The position numbers and the translations under genes were made by a program. 64,000 nucleotides of DNA, from IMG/VR virus record IMGVR_UViG_3300021962_000031. The stretch is one strand, 5' to 3'. Source of the stretch: a virus. The notes beneath the pieces are model-generated. The model was given only the letters and a program-made list of their open reading frames with translations. It was not told the DNA's origin and did no database searches. Positions 19,662-29,114 of the stretch are shown in pieces; within the stretch, counting starts at the first letter, position 1; every line of letters starts with the position of its first letter.

Positions 19662-19990
19662 ACACCTCCTGGGGCCGTGTAAAACAGAACCTTTTCGCCT
19701 TCAACATCCATATGGGTCACCTGAGTAACCAGATGGGTATCTTCGGGATCGTTTTCGTTGGGCTTTTGCGCCCCGCTGTAACGAAACAACCCCGTGACTT
19801 CCTTCTCAAAACTGGTGTCCCCGCAGTAGCAGCACTTGGCCTTGACCTTCCAGGTGAAGGGTTGGTCGGGTTGGACAGACCAGACATCGACCAGTGACTT
19901 CTGGCAGTTGGAACATTCCAAGATGGTATGGGGGCCGTCTTGAAAACCATACTTGGGGGGCGGTGTGGGGTTCACGGCGTTTGTGCGCAT
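19658..19990 (-). CDS. Zinc-ribbon protein
   Basis: CSNC...CCYC. Confidence 0.6.
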   Translation of the reverse strand: MRTNAVNPTPPPKYGFQDGPHTILECSNCQKSLVDVWSVQPDQPFTWKVKAKCCYCGDTSFEKEVTGLFRYSGAQKPNENDPEDTHLVTQVTHMDVEGEKVLFYTAPGGV

Positions 19991-20187
19991 GACTTCATCA
20001 ACTCCTCAATGACTTCATTCAGTCGTCGCTGACAAGTCCAGCGGTCAGTTGCGTTAATCTTTAACGTCAATCGCTTGCGATCTACGGGATTGCCAGAAGC
20101 TGATCCATCTGGCAGTTTCTCGTGAACTTCGGCGAACAGATAAATTACCGCAACATGCGGATTGGTCTCATCATTGGGGATATTCAA
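19972..20187 (-). CDS. Hypothetical protein
   Basis: Coupled small ORF. Confidence 0.55.
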   Translation of the reverse strand: MNIPNDETNPHVAVIYLFAEVHEKLPDGSASGNPVDRKRLTLKINATDRWTCQRRLNEVIEELMKSCAQTP

Positions 20188-20561
20188 TTTTTGTCCCCTT
20201 TCTCAATGTACTTCTTGACATTTTTAACTGTCTTTAGATCAAGAGGCTTGTCGCCATCGCGCCACCAAGGTTTCTTTCCTGGCTCCTTACCCAACAACTG
20301 TTGGGCCTTGATCTTGTCCTGTTCTTTTTGGGCAGCCATCTCATCAATTTTGGTCTTGCCCGCTTCCTTGGCGTTCCGCTCACCCAATTGACCGATAGTA
20401 GTTGGGTCTTGCTGACAAAAAGCCGCAATGCCGCAACCGATCAGTCGCTCAAGAGTTTTTTTCTTGCAGTCAGGACAAGCTTTTTTCTTTGGTTCGTCAA
20501 AGGACTGATAAACCTCGAATTGGTAACCGCAATTTTTACAGCGGTAATCGTAGGTCGGCAT
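20184..20561 (-). CDS. FmdB-family zinc-ribbon protein
   Basis: MPTYDYRCKNCG...CPDC...LERLI. Confidence 0.85.
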   Translation of the reverse strand: MPTYDYRCKNCGYQFEVYQSFDEPKKKACPDCKKKTLERLIGCGIAAFCQQDPTTIGQLGERNAKEAGKTKIDEMAAQKEQDKIKAQQLLGKEPGKKPWWRDGDKPLDLKTVKNVKKYIEKGDKN

Positions 20562-20806
20562 CAGTAGTCCTCATCTTCCTCATCAAACTCAATATCGCTG
20601 TCGGCACAACCAATCGACCAGCGAGTCTCGGTCAGGCTGACAGCCCGAGGAGAAAGGCTTTCGCGCAACAAATTCCCGTTCAAATCGGCATACACTAGGA
20701 CTAGGCTGCCATCATCGGCGAAAGCCGTTATTGTCATGGGAGGAGAGCCGCTGTTCAGGCAGACTACATCCCCAATGTCAAATTCACCGTTGTCCCTCGA
20801 CATCAT
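20561..20806 (-). CDS. YodC/DUF2158-like protein
   Basis: FDIGDVVCLNSGSPPMTI. Confidence 0.75.
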   Translation of the reverse strand: MMSRDNGEFDIGDVVCLNSGSPPMTITAFADDGSLVLVYADLNGNLLRESLSPRAVSLTETRWSIGCADSDIEFDEEDEDY

Positions 20807-21518
20807 TTTCCCCTCGCGTGCGCCAGAAAGTATGAAAATCAGCTGGGTCAGGCTCTTCGGCTACGGGAGGAGCCTGGGTGGTGGTTGGAGCGGTGGTAGT
20901 CGTAGGGCTTTCGGTGGTGGTTGACACGGAGGATTCCGTAGGAACAACCTGGACTTCCTTGCCGTTGACGCCGTCCAAAGGCTTGGTGGATACGATCTTG
21001 TAGGACAGATTGCTCAATCCGTCTTTGGAGCGATCATATCCAGAATTAAGTCGCTTGGTAGCTTTGAAGTATTCCTCGGATTCGTGTGAGTTTTCCGGGA
21101 AAGAAGCTTCGCGACGGAACATGAGGATGCGGGCTTTGTGGATGCGATTGTACAGGTCATGAACATGCACACAGGTGCCCGGATAACCGTTGGAAAACCC
21201 GTTGACCTCTTCAAAAATTTCCGAGGTCATCATTTGGATGTGTCGCATCTCAACGAAAGCATTTTCGGGAGAATAGTCGGCGTCTTCCACCGGGACATGG
21301 TCGGTGGGATGAAAGACATAATAAGCAGCATCGCTTACCTGATAACCGACATTTGAAAGCCATCCTTCATTGGTTGGACCTTCATCGCCCTGACGAACCA
21401 CGATAACCTCGTAGTTCAGACCAGGATTCTTGCGGTCAATCTGCTCTTTCAGGGCCTTGAGAAAACCCGAAAGGTCGTTGCGCAGACCGGAAGGAACAAT
21501 AATGGCAGTCTTGTGCAT
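20784..21518 (-). CDS. GT7 (beta-1,4-galactosyltransferase-like) protein, degenerate, with Thr-rich tail
   Basis: AIIVP, VVRQ, NVGY, YVFH, FEEVNGFSNGY, DGLSNLSYKIV; TTTESPTTTTAPTTT tail. Confidence 0.7.
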   Translation of the reverse strand: MHKTAIIVPSGLRNDLSGFLKALKEQIDRKNPGLNYEVIVVRQGDEGPTNEGWLSNVGYQVSDAAYYVFHPTDHVPVEDADYSPENAFVEMRHIQMMTSEIFEEVNGFSNGYPGTCVHVHDLYNRIHKARILMFRREASFPENSHESEEYFKATKRLNSGYDRSKDGLSNLSYKIVSTKPLDGVNGKEVQVVPTESSVSTTTESPTTTTAPTTTQAPPVAEEPDPADFHTFWRTRGENDVEGQR

Positions 21519-21521
21519 GGC

Positions 21522-22049
21522 TTACTTCCGCTTCTTGGACTTATTTTGGATCGACTGGGAGGTGCGGATCGCCCACTCCACTCCCGAAGTACCACCCCAT
21601 CCTAACCACGCCACAATAGCTGGGATTGTCCAAGGTTTGCTTTTGGCTTCGGGCTTGTTGCGGGCCTTCTCGTAATTGGATCGATGACGATTGAAGGAAG
21701 CCATCCGCTTGACGGTTGAGGCAGACAGTCTAGCCCCATTGGCCAGATCGCGGGCGCGTGCCCAGCCCACAGGTGTCATGCCCTTGCATTCCTTACCGTA
21801 CTTTTCTTTCCACTTAAGCACTTTTCGAGCATTATTGCGGGCAGATTCGGGGGGATCATAACCTTCGGAGGCTTGGGTGGACTTGATGAGAGCGTCAGAG
21901 ATTTCGCTTTTCAAGATGTCCAGGGCCTCGTTCACCCTGTTGCCGTCAATGTTTTTGGCGACATCTTGGGTGGGAAGACCAGCTTCGGCGAGAAAGCTTT
22001 CAACTTCCGTGATAAAAATATCAAGGGGCGATTTCCGTTTGCGATTCAT
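21522..22049 (-). CDS. Conserved phage hypothetical protein
   Basis: TPVGWARARDLANG..LS..TVKRMASF.RH...AWLGWGG..G..WA, a domain recalled from other phage proteins. Confidence 0.65.
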   Translation of the reverse strand: MNRKRKSPLDIFITEVESFLAEAGLPTQDVAKNIDGNRVNEALDILKSEISDALIKSTQASEGYDPPESARNNARKVLKWKEKYGKECKGMTPVGWARARDLANGARLSASTVKRMASFNRHRSNYEKARNKPEAKSKPWTIPAIVAWLGWGGTSGVEWAIRTSQSIQNKSKKRK

Positions 22050-22116
22050 ATCAATTCTCTATTTTGGAAATGGGTCCTACCGATAATAACCTACATAACC
22101 ATGGTCGTGTTCTGCC

Positions 22117-22160
22117 AATAAAAAGACCCGGGTGTCCGAAATAGACAACCCGAGTCTTTC
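22117..22160 (-). terminator. Intrinsic terminator after RNR
   Basis: AAAGACTCGGGTTGTC-TATTTCG-GACACCCGGGTCTTTTT on the minus strand. Confidence 0.75.
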
Positions 22161-22176
22161 TGTTGGGAACAAACAA

Positions 22177-23841
22177 TTAAGAACCGCAAGTTCCGCCCTT
22201 GCCGCCAATCACGCAAACATCATGTTCCAGGTATTCCACTCCTTGCTGCTTGGCAGCTTCGTCGTAGTCTACCGAGACCAGGGGCTGGCCACCGCGGGCG
22301 CCATCTGGGTAAACCGTGAAGCCACGCAAACGGGGGGCGTACTTGGACAGGGTTGCGGCGAAGTCCTCGATCTTGTCCTCGTTGTTCAACTCCGATCCCC
22401 AGCTGGGCATGTTGATCGTCGACGAGATGGACTGGTCAACATAGTCTTGGGTGTCAGCCTGGAATTTGAGGCGGCGCTCATAATCCCGAGCCAGGTCGAT
22501 GGCCGACTCAATCTTGTGGGGGTCCACGCCATAACGCTCGATCAGGTCCTTGGCGGCGCTGTCCACGACATATTGATAGTGCCACTGGGTACCGTTCTTG
22601 AGGTAGCGTCGTTTGTAAGCCACGGCAAAGACCGGTTCGATGCCGGTGGTCGTGCCAGCCAGAATACCGATGGAGCCGGTGGGGGCAATCGCCCGCTTGG
22701 CCACGGGTTCGCTGATGCCCAGCTTGGCCGAGAACGAACGGGAAACGGCATCAGACTCGTCCCGGTAGATCGCCAGCCACTTGTGGAGGTCATCGGTGAC
22801 TTCGTAGCGACTGCCCCGCTGGACGAGCCATTCGTGCATACCCATGAGGCCAAGGCCAAGTCGGCGATTCTTCTCGCGAATTTTGTAAACCTTGTCGTAG
22901 GGCAGATGCGCCACCATGGTGCCACAGATCAGGAACTTGGTCGCTAGTTCAACAATTTGACGGAACTCTTCGGGGGTCTCAATACGAGACATATTGAGAC
23001 TGCCCAGATTGCACACATCGGAGTCGTCCTCCGAGGTTACTTCCGTGCAGGCATTGCGCAGAGTCTCGTTCTGCTTGTCGCCGAAGTTGAAAGACCACCC
23101 AGGCTCTCCGGTCTCCATCGCCTGACGGCAGTTGATCAAGAAGACTTCATTCTTGTGGCGGTCGGGTAGGTTCAGCCAAGCATCATCGTAGTTGGCCGAG
23201 ATGTTGGTCATGTCCAACGGGGCGGGATAGTTAAAATCGGCAACCTTGCAGTCCCACACCGTCTTGTCGGTTCCTGGCACCTTCATGGAGTGCCAATCCT
23301 TGGCGTATAAAAAGGTCTTGATGTCCTGATGCTGCCAGTTGAGGCTGGCGTAGATCGCCGACCGCCGAGAGCCACCCTGCATGACCTCGCGACCTATCTC
23401 GTTAATCATCCTCATCTTAGAGACAGGGCCAGAGGCCTCCCCACCCGTCCGCTTCAGAGGCGTGCCTTTGGGGCGGTAAATGGAGTAATCGACGCCGATG
23501 CCACCACCAGTCGCCAGACAGGACTCGGCTTTCCACGACAGCATGGCCCAGTCTTCACGCGTATCAGATTCTGCTCTCAACAGATAGCAATTGTTAAATG
23601 CTTTAATGGGTCTGCCAGCATAATATATATAGCGACCACCGGGCAGGAATTTCATCTCGGCAATGGCCTGAGTCAGGGTCGCTTTTTCGTCGGGGGTCAT
23701 CCATTCCCGACAAACATCTTCAACCAGCACTTTAGCCAGTTTTTCCCAGGTTTCGCACCCCTCATGCCGGTACTTATAGTTAAAGATATCTTCTGAAAAC
23801 TTATTGCGAAAAACGCTAACAGACATGACAAAAACCTCCAA
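22177..23841 (-). CDS. nrdJ: Class II (AdoCbl-dependent) ribonucleotide reductase
   Basis: NCY, NACTE, CNLGS, APTGS, ISSTIN, GFTVYPDG (no class I YY pair), C-terminal Cys pair; no beta subunit in the window. Confidence 0.85.
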   Translation of the reverse strand: MEVFVMSVSVFRNKFSEDIFNYKYRHEGCETWEKLAKVLVEDVCREWMTPDEKATLTQAIAEMKFLPGGRYIYYAGRPIKAFNNCYLLRAESDTREDWAMLSWKAESCLATGGGIGVDYSIYRPKGTPLKRTGGEASGPVSKMRMINEIGREVMQGGSRRSAIYASLNWQHQDIKTFLYAKDWHSMKVPGTDKTVWDCKVADFNYPAPLDMTNISANYDDAWLNLPDRHKNEVFLINCRQAMETGEPGWSFNFGDKQNETLRNACTEVTSEDDSDVCNLGSLNMSRIETPEEFRQIVELATKFLICGTMVAHLPYDKVYKIREKNRRLGLGLMGMHEWLVQRGSRYEVTDDLHKWLAIYRDESDAVSRSFSAKLGISEPVAKRAIAPTGSIGILAGTTTGIEPVFAVAYKRRYLKNGTQWHYQYVVDSAAKDLIERYGVDPHKIESAIDLARDYERRLKFQADTQDYVDQSISSTINMPSWGSELNNEDKIEDFAATLSKYAPRLRGFTVYPDGARGGQPLVSVDYDEAAKQQGVEYLEHDVCVIGGKGGTCGS

Positions 23842-23968
23842 GAAACCGACGCCGGATCGGTCCTGAGTAAAACGCTAGTCAATGACGGCAAGGGAAAATT
23901 ACACCGACACCCCATGTTGGGACTGGTGAAATAATAGGGATGAAAAACCCTATTTTCTAACCGATTTT

Positions 23969-26900
23969 TTATCCGTGAAAAGCATTACCACAACCAGAAT
24001 TGTTGCAGTCATTGAGACTGGCGTAAGTCCCGCCCGGTCCATTTACTTCCTGACAATCGTAAATGGGATCAAAGCCAGCCATGCCGATTATTGCGCAGTT
24101 GTAAGTTTTAACTGCCGGAGTTCCTGTCGTACCTGGAGAAGTAGTTTCAGGAGTAGAAGTCGTGGCTGGGGGAGTTGTATTTGGGTTGGTTGTTGTGGTG
24201 GTTGTTGGCGCAATAGTCGTTGTGGTGGTAACCGGTTCTGGAGCCGGAGTCGTGGTTGTTGTGGTAGTAGTCGTCGTAGTTGTGGTAGTAGTCGTGGTGG
24301 TCGTAGTTGTGGTAGTAGTGGAAGTAGTCGTACTAGTAGTGGTTGTTGTCGGCTCAGCTGTCGTGGTAGTCGTAGTCGGCGCAGCCGTCGTAGTGGTCTG
24401 TCCACAGACTTCATCGCACGCATACATATTTTCATATGGACCAGAAATAATATTAAAATTTGATTCTGGAGGTGGCATTGAATTAAATGTCTGACATGTA
24501 TAAAAAGCACCCGAGGGGCCGGAGTAATAAGCGCAATACCAACCAGCCACAAACGGTTCAGCTGTTGTAGTAGTTGTGGTCGGCGCAGCCGTAGTAGTGG
24601 TCGTGGTTGTGGTTGTTGTCGGCGCAGCCGTCGTAGTTGTGGTGGTCGTGGTAGTAGTCGGTGGACAACCAGATTGCTGACATGCAATTTCATTAGGATA
24701 AGGACCCGACAATAAATCATAATAAGTGTTATTGTTATCAAACCTATCTCCAACTTCCGGTTGAGAGCTAAAATATAAGCATCCAAAACCAGAACCAACG
24801 ATACGTCCATACATAGAATAACAATAATGACCAGCCACAAATGGCGCAGCCGTCGTGGTTGTTGTCGTTGTCGTAGTCGTGGACACACAAGCCGCATTGC
24901 ACGCCGACAGCGAGGCGTAGGGGCCTGCATAACTCACCAGCGGATTTGCCGCAGGCCGACTGGCAATATAACTGCAACTCTTTGTGTTCTGGTAAGTGTC
25001 ATCTACGCAGTAGTAGCCAGCCACCCAAGGCTGTGCCGTGGTCGTGGGAGGGGGCGTGGTGTCATCAGGAGGATTTCCTCCCTTGCAGGTAGAACTATAA
25101 ATAATGGCTTGTCGTTCTGGATCATTGGCATCGTTTAGTGTGTGCAGGACGCCAGTAAAGGTTTCCATATGGCGCGTGGACGGATTGCTTCCACCCATCG
25201 CAAAAACAAGCTCTTGTGTCTGGGACTTGCTGGAATCGTAATAGTAATATTGGTCACCATAGTAAGTTGTGATCTCTCCAACACCCAGCTCATTCCCTCC
25301 AGAATGAGCCGTGGTGACTACGCCTTCAAGAAGACGCATGGCAAATTTGCTGTTGATTAAATGCTTTAGATTAAGATTGTAGGTCGCAGCCACATTAGCA
25401 TTGATTCCGCCGAATTTCCATCTGTTTGGCATGAACCAATTCTGTTCGTCGGCGCTCAACTCGTAATGGACTTCTGGAGTTTGGAGCTTGAGATGGATTG
25501 TCTTGGCAGAATCTACCGTGTTGGTGAATTTGAACACAATAATCTCACCAGCCGAGCAAGATAGCCTTTTTTGTTGCGAGTCAAAAAGATTTGTGTAAGT
25601 TACGCTCGGACTTCCAGAGGCATTCCAGTTCCGATAAATATCCAGGCGAATTCCACCGGTCTGGTATCCTCCCGCATTCAAATAATAATTAGCAGCATAT
25701 TGAGAACGGAATCGGAAATACTTGATTTCATTTGCGCCAATCAGATTATAAAGGATCGTATAGTTAGTCGGGTAAACAACCGGTTCGATAGCTGTGTCTG
25801 CCTCGTATTGATAAGCAGCCAAAGCCGAATCACCACCATCATCTCTATGTACCGACCAGACCGTCTTGGTGTCGTTGGTTGAAGTCAATACTTCCAGAGA
25901 CCAACTATCAATATTGACAACAAATGCCCCGCCCGTAGTGTTAGCGATCAGCCCCAAGGTCCATTCACCGTTGGGCGAATCGTTGAAAAGATCGGTCAAA
26001 TTAGTTCCGTAGGGACTAGCTGAATCATCCCAATAATTTTGAGACTGGTTGTTATTGGGGTTGGGTCGGAAAGAACCAGAGGCGCCAAAAGTTAGAACAG
26101 GGTCGGCACTGTTGTTGGTTATCGTGTAATTCTGACCAACACCATCAACAGGAACAGATAGTTGGCCAGCAATCAGCACATCCTTACCGGCTGGAGACCG
26201 AAGGATCAACACAGTATTGCTGGTGGTAGCCGTGGCGGCAAGATTGTACAGTCTGAGGGTCAACCCCGAAATAACTCCGGCCATTCCAGAGAAAGTCAGT
26301 TTGCCGCGCCGCAAAGCACTTCCTGTCGATTGAGGAGGTCCGAAATAATAAGTAACATTGTCAATAGTGGTTTCACTTAACAGCATCTGAACTTCTGGAA
26401 CTTCAGATGGCCAGGCTGGCGGTGGTGGCAGGGTCGCCGGGTCCATATTCAATCGCACATACATGTTGGGCTGGGCACATTCCGTGCAAGTGCCATTGTA
26501 AATAAAAGCAGCATTTTCCCCCTCAAACGGGTGAATGGCACAATCATAGCTAAACGGAACATTGTCATTTAGTGTCACAGTAAGAGTCACATCCCCACCA
26601 TAAAAACCATCAGCGACATTGCCGCTGGCGCCGTTTGTTGTCGCTTTGACCAGCCGACTAAAACCCTGACTATCAAAAACTCGGAATGGGTGGGCTGATG
26701 TATTTTGAAGGTGAAACTTATAAGTTTTGTTGGCTACCCATTTTGGGTTCTCGGGAGTGATCTCAAACCAATTCGTGTTATTGCTACTAAATTCAAATCG
26801 ATAGGAGCCATTATTGGCGTCCACGGCACGCACATAGGTTTCTTCGGGCAAGCAATTTCCTGCGACAACAGGAGAAACAGTCGTGGTCGTTGTCGTGGTC

Positions 26901-28006
26901 GGGCTAGCAGTAGTGGTCGTTGTTGTCGTACCAATAATGGGCGTGGCAGTTGTCGTGGTTGTCGTGGTGGTTGATGTGGTCGTGCTGGTTGTAGTCGTGG
27001 TGGTGGTTGTGGTCGTGGTTGTGCAACATGCCCCTAGTACGCGGTAGCCAGCCGCCACGGCATCGTACACAAGGGTGACACCCCCCAAGGGGTAGACCGG
27101 ATAATCGTCGAGATCAAGAACAAGCAGCTTGCTTCCGGCAGGAGTCAAGCCTGAATTGTGCTTGAGGTAGAAGGTATCGGTCTCGCTGACATTCAGCACA
27201 TAGACGGTCTCACCGTCGGCGATCTTCTCAACTCCATTGATCTCAAAGCCATTGATGGGCGGGTCAACCCTAACGATGGTTTTTCCGTATCTCATCAACT
27301 CATTAGTGCTGAGACCAGACAGGGCGGGGGTGTGACTAGACAAGGCCACCGCCGAGTTGGCCAGCATTTGGTAGCTGCCGACATGTCGCCATGCAGTAGA
27401 ATGTTCGCTCACCAAAACGCCGTCTACGCGGACAAGGCTATATCCTACCGGCCTGCCCGCATCTCTATCCCAGACGACCTTTTGGAGGGCAACTGAATTG
27501 GTGTTGTCTCGATAAGCAAATACATCAACACACTTACCAGCAGCTTCTGTTGCAGAGACCGAAGGTGTTGGGTCGATAGTGAATTTGCGCCAGCGATTTT
27601 CTGTGGTGTCCCAGAGTGCAATGTTATCTCCTTGCAATGGGGCCAGGTAAACTGTCCCGGAACCCGCCACCTCTGTGTCGGTCGCCGAGAAAGATAAGGC
27701 GGCGTTAGCCACTCCGTTGTTGTCGAGGGTATCCAGCAAGCCGTCTCTGGTTACCGTGTGGGCAATGGGATCGCCGGAATAATGAAGGACGGCAGATGTA
27801 CCCTCCCGACCGCGCAGCACCGTCAGGGTGTTCGTTTCCGCATCGACAGCGGTTACCCGCATAACTTCTTGGCCGCAGGTAACCTCAAATGGGGCAGGGG
27901 GAAATTTCAAGATGTTAACAACTGTAATTTCAGTGTCGGTCGAACTAATCGGCCCAGCAAGGAAGGTGACGGCTTGATTGGAAAAGCGGTGTAGTTGCCC
28001 GGCCAT
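23969..28006 (-). CDS. 1345-aa Thr/Cys-rich mucin-like modular protein, probable virion fibre/adhesin
   Basis: Poly-Thr linkers, cupredoxin-like HPF...YDCAIHP, P-domain-like LRSPAG...NGEWTL, repeated P(W/F)VAGxYC..GPY..C..C modules. Confidence 0.7.
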   Translation of the reverse strand: MAGQLHRFSNQAVTFLAGPISSTDTEITVVNILKFPPAPFEVTCGQEVMRVTAVDAETNTLTVLRGREGTSAVLHYSGDPIAHTVTRDGLLDTLDNNGVANAALSFSATDTEVAGSGTVYLAPLQGDNIALWDTTENRWRKFTIDPTPSVSATEAAGKCVDVFAYRDNTNSVALQKVVWDRDAGRPVGYSLVRVDGVLVSEHSTAWRHVGSYQMLANSAVALSSHTPALSGLSTNELMRYGKTIVRVDPPINGFEINGVEKIADGETVYVLNVSETDTFYLKHNSGLTPAGSKLLVLDLDDYPVYPLGGVTLVYDAVAAGYRVLGACCTTTTTTTTTTTTSTTTSTTTTTTTTATPIIGTTTTTTTASPTTTTTTTVSPVVAGNCLPEETYVRAVDANNGSYRFEFSSNNTNWFEITPENPKWVANKTYKFHLQNTSAHPFRVFDSQGFSRLVKATTNGASGNVADGFYGGDVTLTVTLNDNVPFSYDCAIHPFEGENAAFIYNGTCTECAQPNMYVRLNMDPATLPPPPAWPSEVPEVQMLLSETTIDNVTYYFGPPQSTGSALRRGKLTFSGMAGVISGLTLRLYNLAATATTSNTVLILRSPAGKDVLIAGQLSVPVDGVGQNYTITNNSADPVLTFGASGSFRPNPNNNQSQNYWDDSASPYGTNLTDLFNDSPNGEWTLGLIANTTGGAFVVNIDSWSLEVLTSTNDTKTVWSVHRDDGGDSALAAYQYEADTAIEPVVYPTNYTILYNLIGANEIKYFRFRSQYAANYYLNAGGYQTGGIRLDIYRNWNASGSPSVTYTNLFDSQQKRLSCSAGEIIVFKFTNTVDSAKTIHLKLQTPEVHYELSADEQNWFMPNRWKFGGINANVAATYNLNLKHLINSKFAMRLLEGVVTTAHSGGNELGVGEITTYYGDQYYYYDSSKSQTQELVFAMGGSNPSTRHMETFTGVLHTLNDANDPERQAIIYSSTCKGGNPPDDTTPPPTTTAQPWVAGYYCVDDTYQNTKSCSYIASRPAANPLVSYAGPYASLSACNAACVSTTTTTTTTTTAAPFVAGHYCYSMYGRIVGSGFGCLYFSSQPEVGDRFDNNNTYYDLLSGPYPNEIACQQSGCPPTTTTTTTTTTAAPTTTTTTTTTTAAPTTTTTTAEPFVAGWYCAYYSGPSGAFYTCQTFNSMPPPESNFNIISGPYENMYACDEVCGQTTTTAAPTTTTTTAEPTTTTTSTTTSTTTTTTTTTTTTTTTTTTTTTTTTPAPEPVTTTTTIAPTTTTTTNPNTTPPATTSTPETTSPGTTGTPAVKTYNCAIIGMAGFDPIYDCQEVNGPGGTYASLNDCNNSGCGNAFHG
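24160..25060 (-). repeat. ACN-codon poly-Thr tracts alternating with three Cys-rich modules
   Basis: Runs of gtN triplets on +; GTCGGCGCAGCCGT occurs three times; a further Thr tract lies at about 26880-27023. Confidence 0.85.
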
Positions 28007-28007
28007 T

Positions 28008-29114
28008 TTAGTTGCCCTGGTAAAGAATTAGATCAGCTTGCCCGTCGGCGTAAGCCAGTAAATTGCCCAGCCCGTCCTCCAATGCGTTCTGAACGAGGTC
28101 TGGATCGTTATTGCGTGGGGAGCGAACAAAACAATTGTTGACAATACGCCAGGCTCTGCTCACCACATCGTAAACGCACACGACCCCACCCCCAGGCGGC
28201 ACCGTCAGGTCGCCCTTGCTTGGGAGTAGGAACTTCTCGTTGGTCAACGCCGACGCAGAGGAGTGTTTCAGCAACACCGCTTGCGAAGATGAAATGTTGC
28301 TCAGGATAACCGTCTTGCCGTCACGGGCAGATTGCAGGCCATGAATGATCACGCCAGCCACGGTGGGGTTAAGGCGGACTACCTTAAAACCCTCATGTCG
28401 CACGGTGGGGTTGTTAGTAGCGGCCAAACTAACCCGGTAGGCTCCCGGGGTAAATAGACTGCCCTGTCGTTGGATTGTGCCAACATATCGTCTAGGGACA
28501 ATGTTGAAATTGTCTGTTCTTATTTTGACTCCGTCTTTCAAGGCCATGGAAGGTCGCGTAAGAGTCGGAGACCAGACTGCCATGAAAAACAAGGTTTCCT
28601 GCATGGATTCGTTCCAATGGGCGAACAAATCCGCACATTCCCCGTCATTCAAAATAGGTGGAAGAGTTTCGACCCCAACCGGGAAACGTCGCCATTCATT
28701 AGCCATCGGGTCGATCAGGAAGATTCCGTTGCCTTGGACAGGCTCGACCTTAATGGAGGTAGCCGGGACAGGACGGACAGAAGCATACCCCTTGTCATCG
28801 GAAAGGGTCAAAAGGGCTTTTTTGGTTAAGACTGGGATTACTGGGCGACCCTGGAGATGTTTAGTCGCCGCAGTAGATTCTTGGCCGCGTGAAACGGTCA
28901 GCAAAGCATCAGATAATTGCAGTCGAATTTGTATGGCTCGGACAGTCAGAATTTCCGAGTCAATAACGATGTCGAACGGGGTGTTTTGCGGAAAAGTTGC
29001 GGAATAATTAACGACCAGCTGAGTTGAGGCTGTATCGACCGTCTCTTTCAGAGTCGTTACAGCCCCACCAAACCGTCGAAAATTATCCGCCATCGTCGAA
29101 CCGCCCCTCGGCAA
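28008..29114 (-). CDS. Paralogue of the N-terminal ~330 aa of the 1345-aa protein
   Basis: Shared FP..PF...V.RG.E.T.A..H, QG..I.L.D....WR.F, DG.TV...N.S....LKH, P.GGV..VYD motifs. Confidence 0.75.
   Translation of the reverse strand: MPRGGSTMADNFRRFGGAVTTLKETVDTASTQLVVNYSATFPQNTPFDIVIDSEILTVRAIQIRLQLSDALLTVSRGQESTAATKHLQGRPVIPVLTKKALLTLSDDKGYASVRPVPATSIKVEPVQGNGIFLIDPMANEWRRFPVGVETLPPILNDGECADLFAHWNESMQETLFFMAVWSPTLTRPSMALKDGVKIRTDNFNIVPRRYVGTIQRQGSLFTPGAYRVSLAATNNPTVRHEGFKVVRLNPTVAGVIIHGLQSARDGKTVILSNISSSQAVLLKHSSASALTNEKFLLPSKGDLTVPPGGGVVCVYDVVSRAWRIVNNCFVRSPRNNDPDLVQNALEDGLGNLLAYADGQADLILYQGN

Noticed and set aside
22132-22947. 271-aa plus-strand ORF
   Set aside because: Antisense shadow of nrdJ with no motifs of its own.
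23975-24930. Val-rich and Arg-rich ORFs, and a possible CRISPR-like array
   Set aside because: These are alternate frames of the poly-Thr codons; there is no repeat-spacer periodicity.
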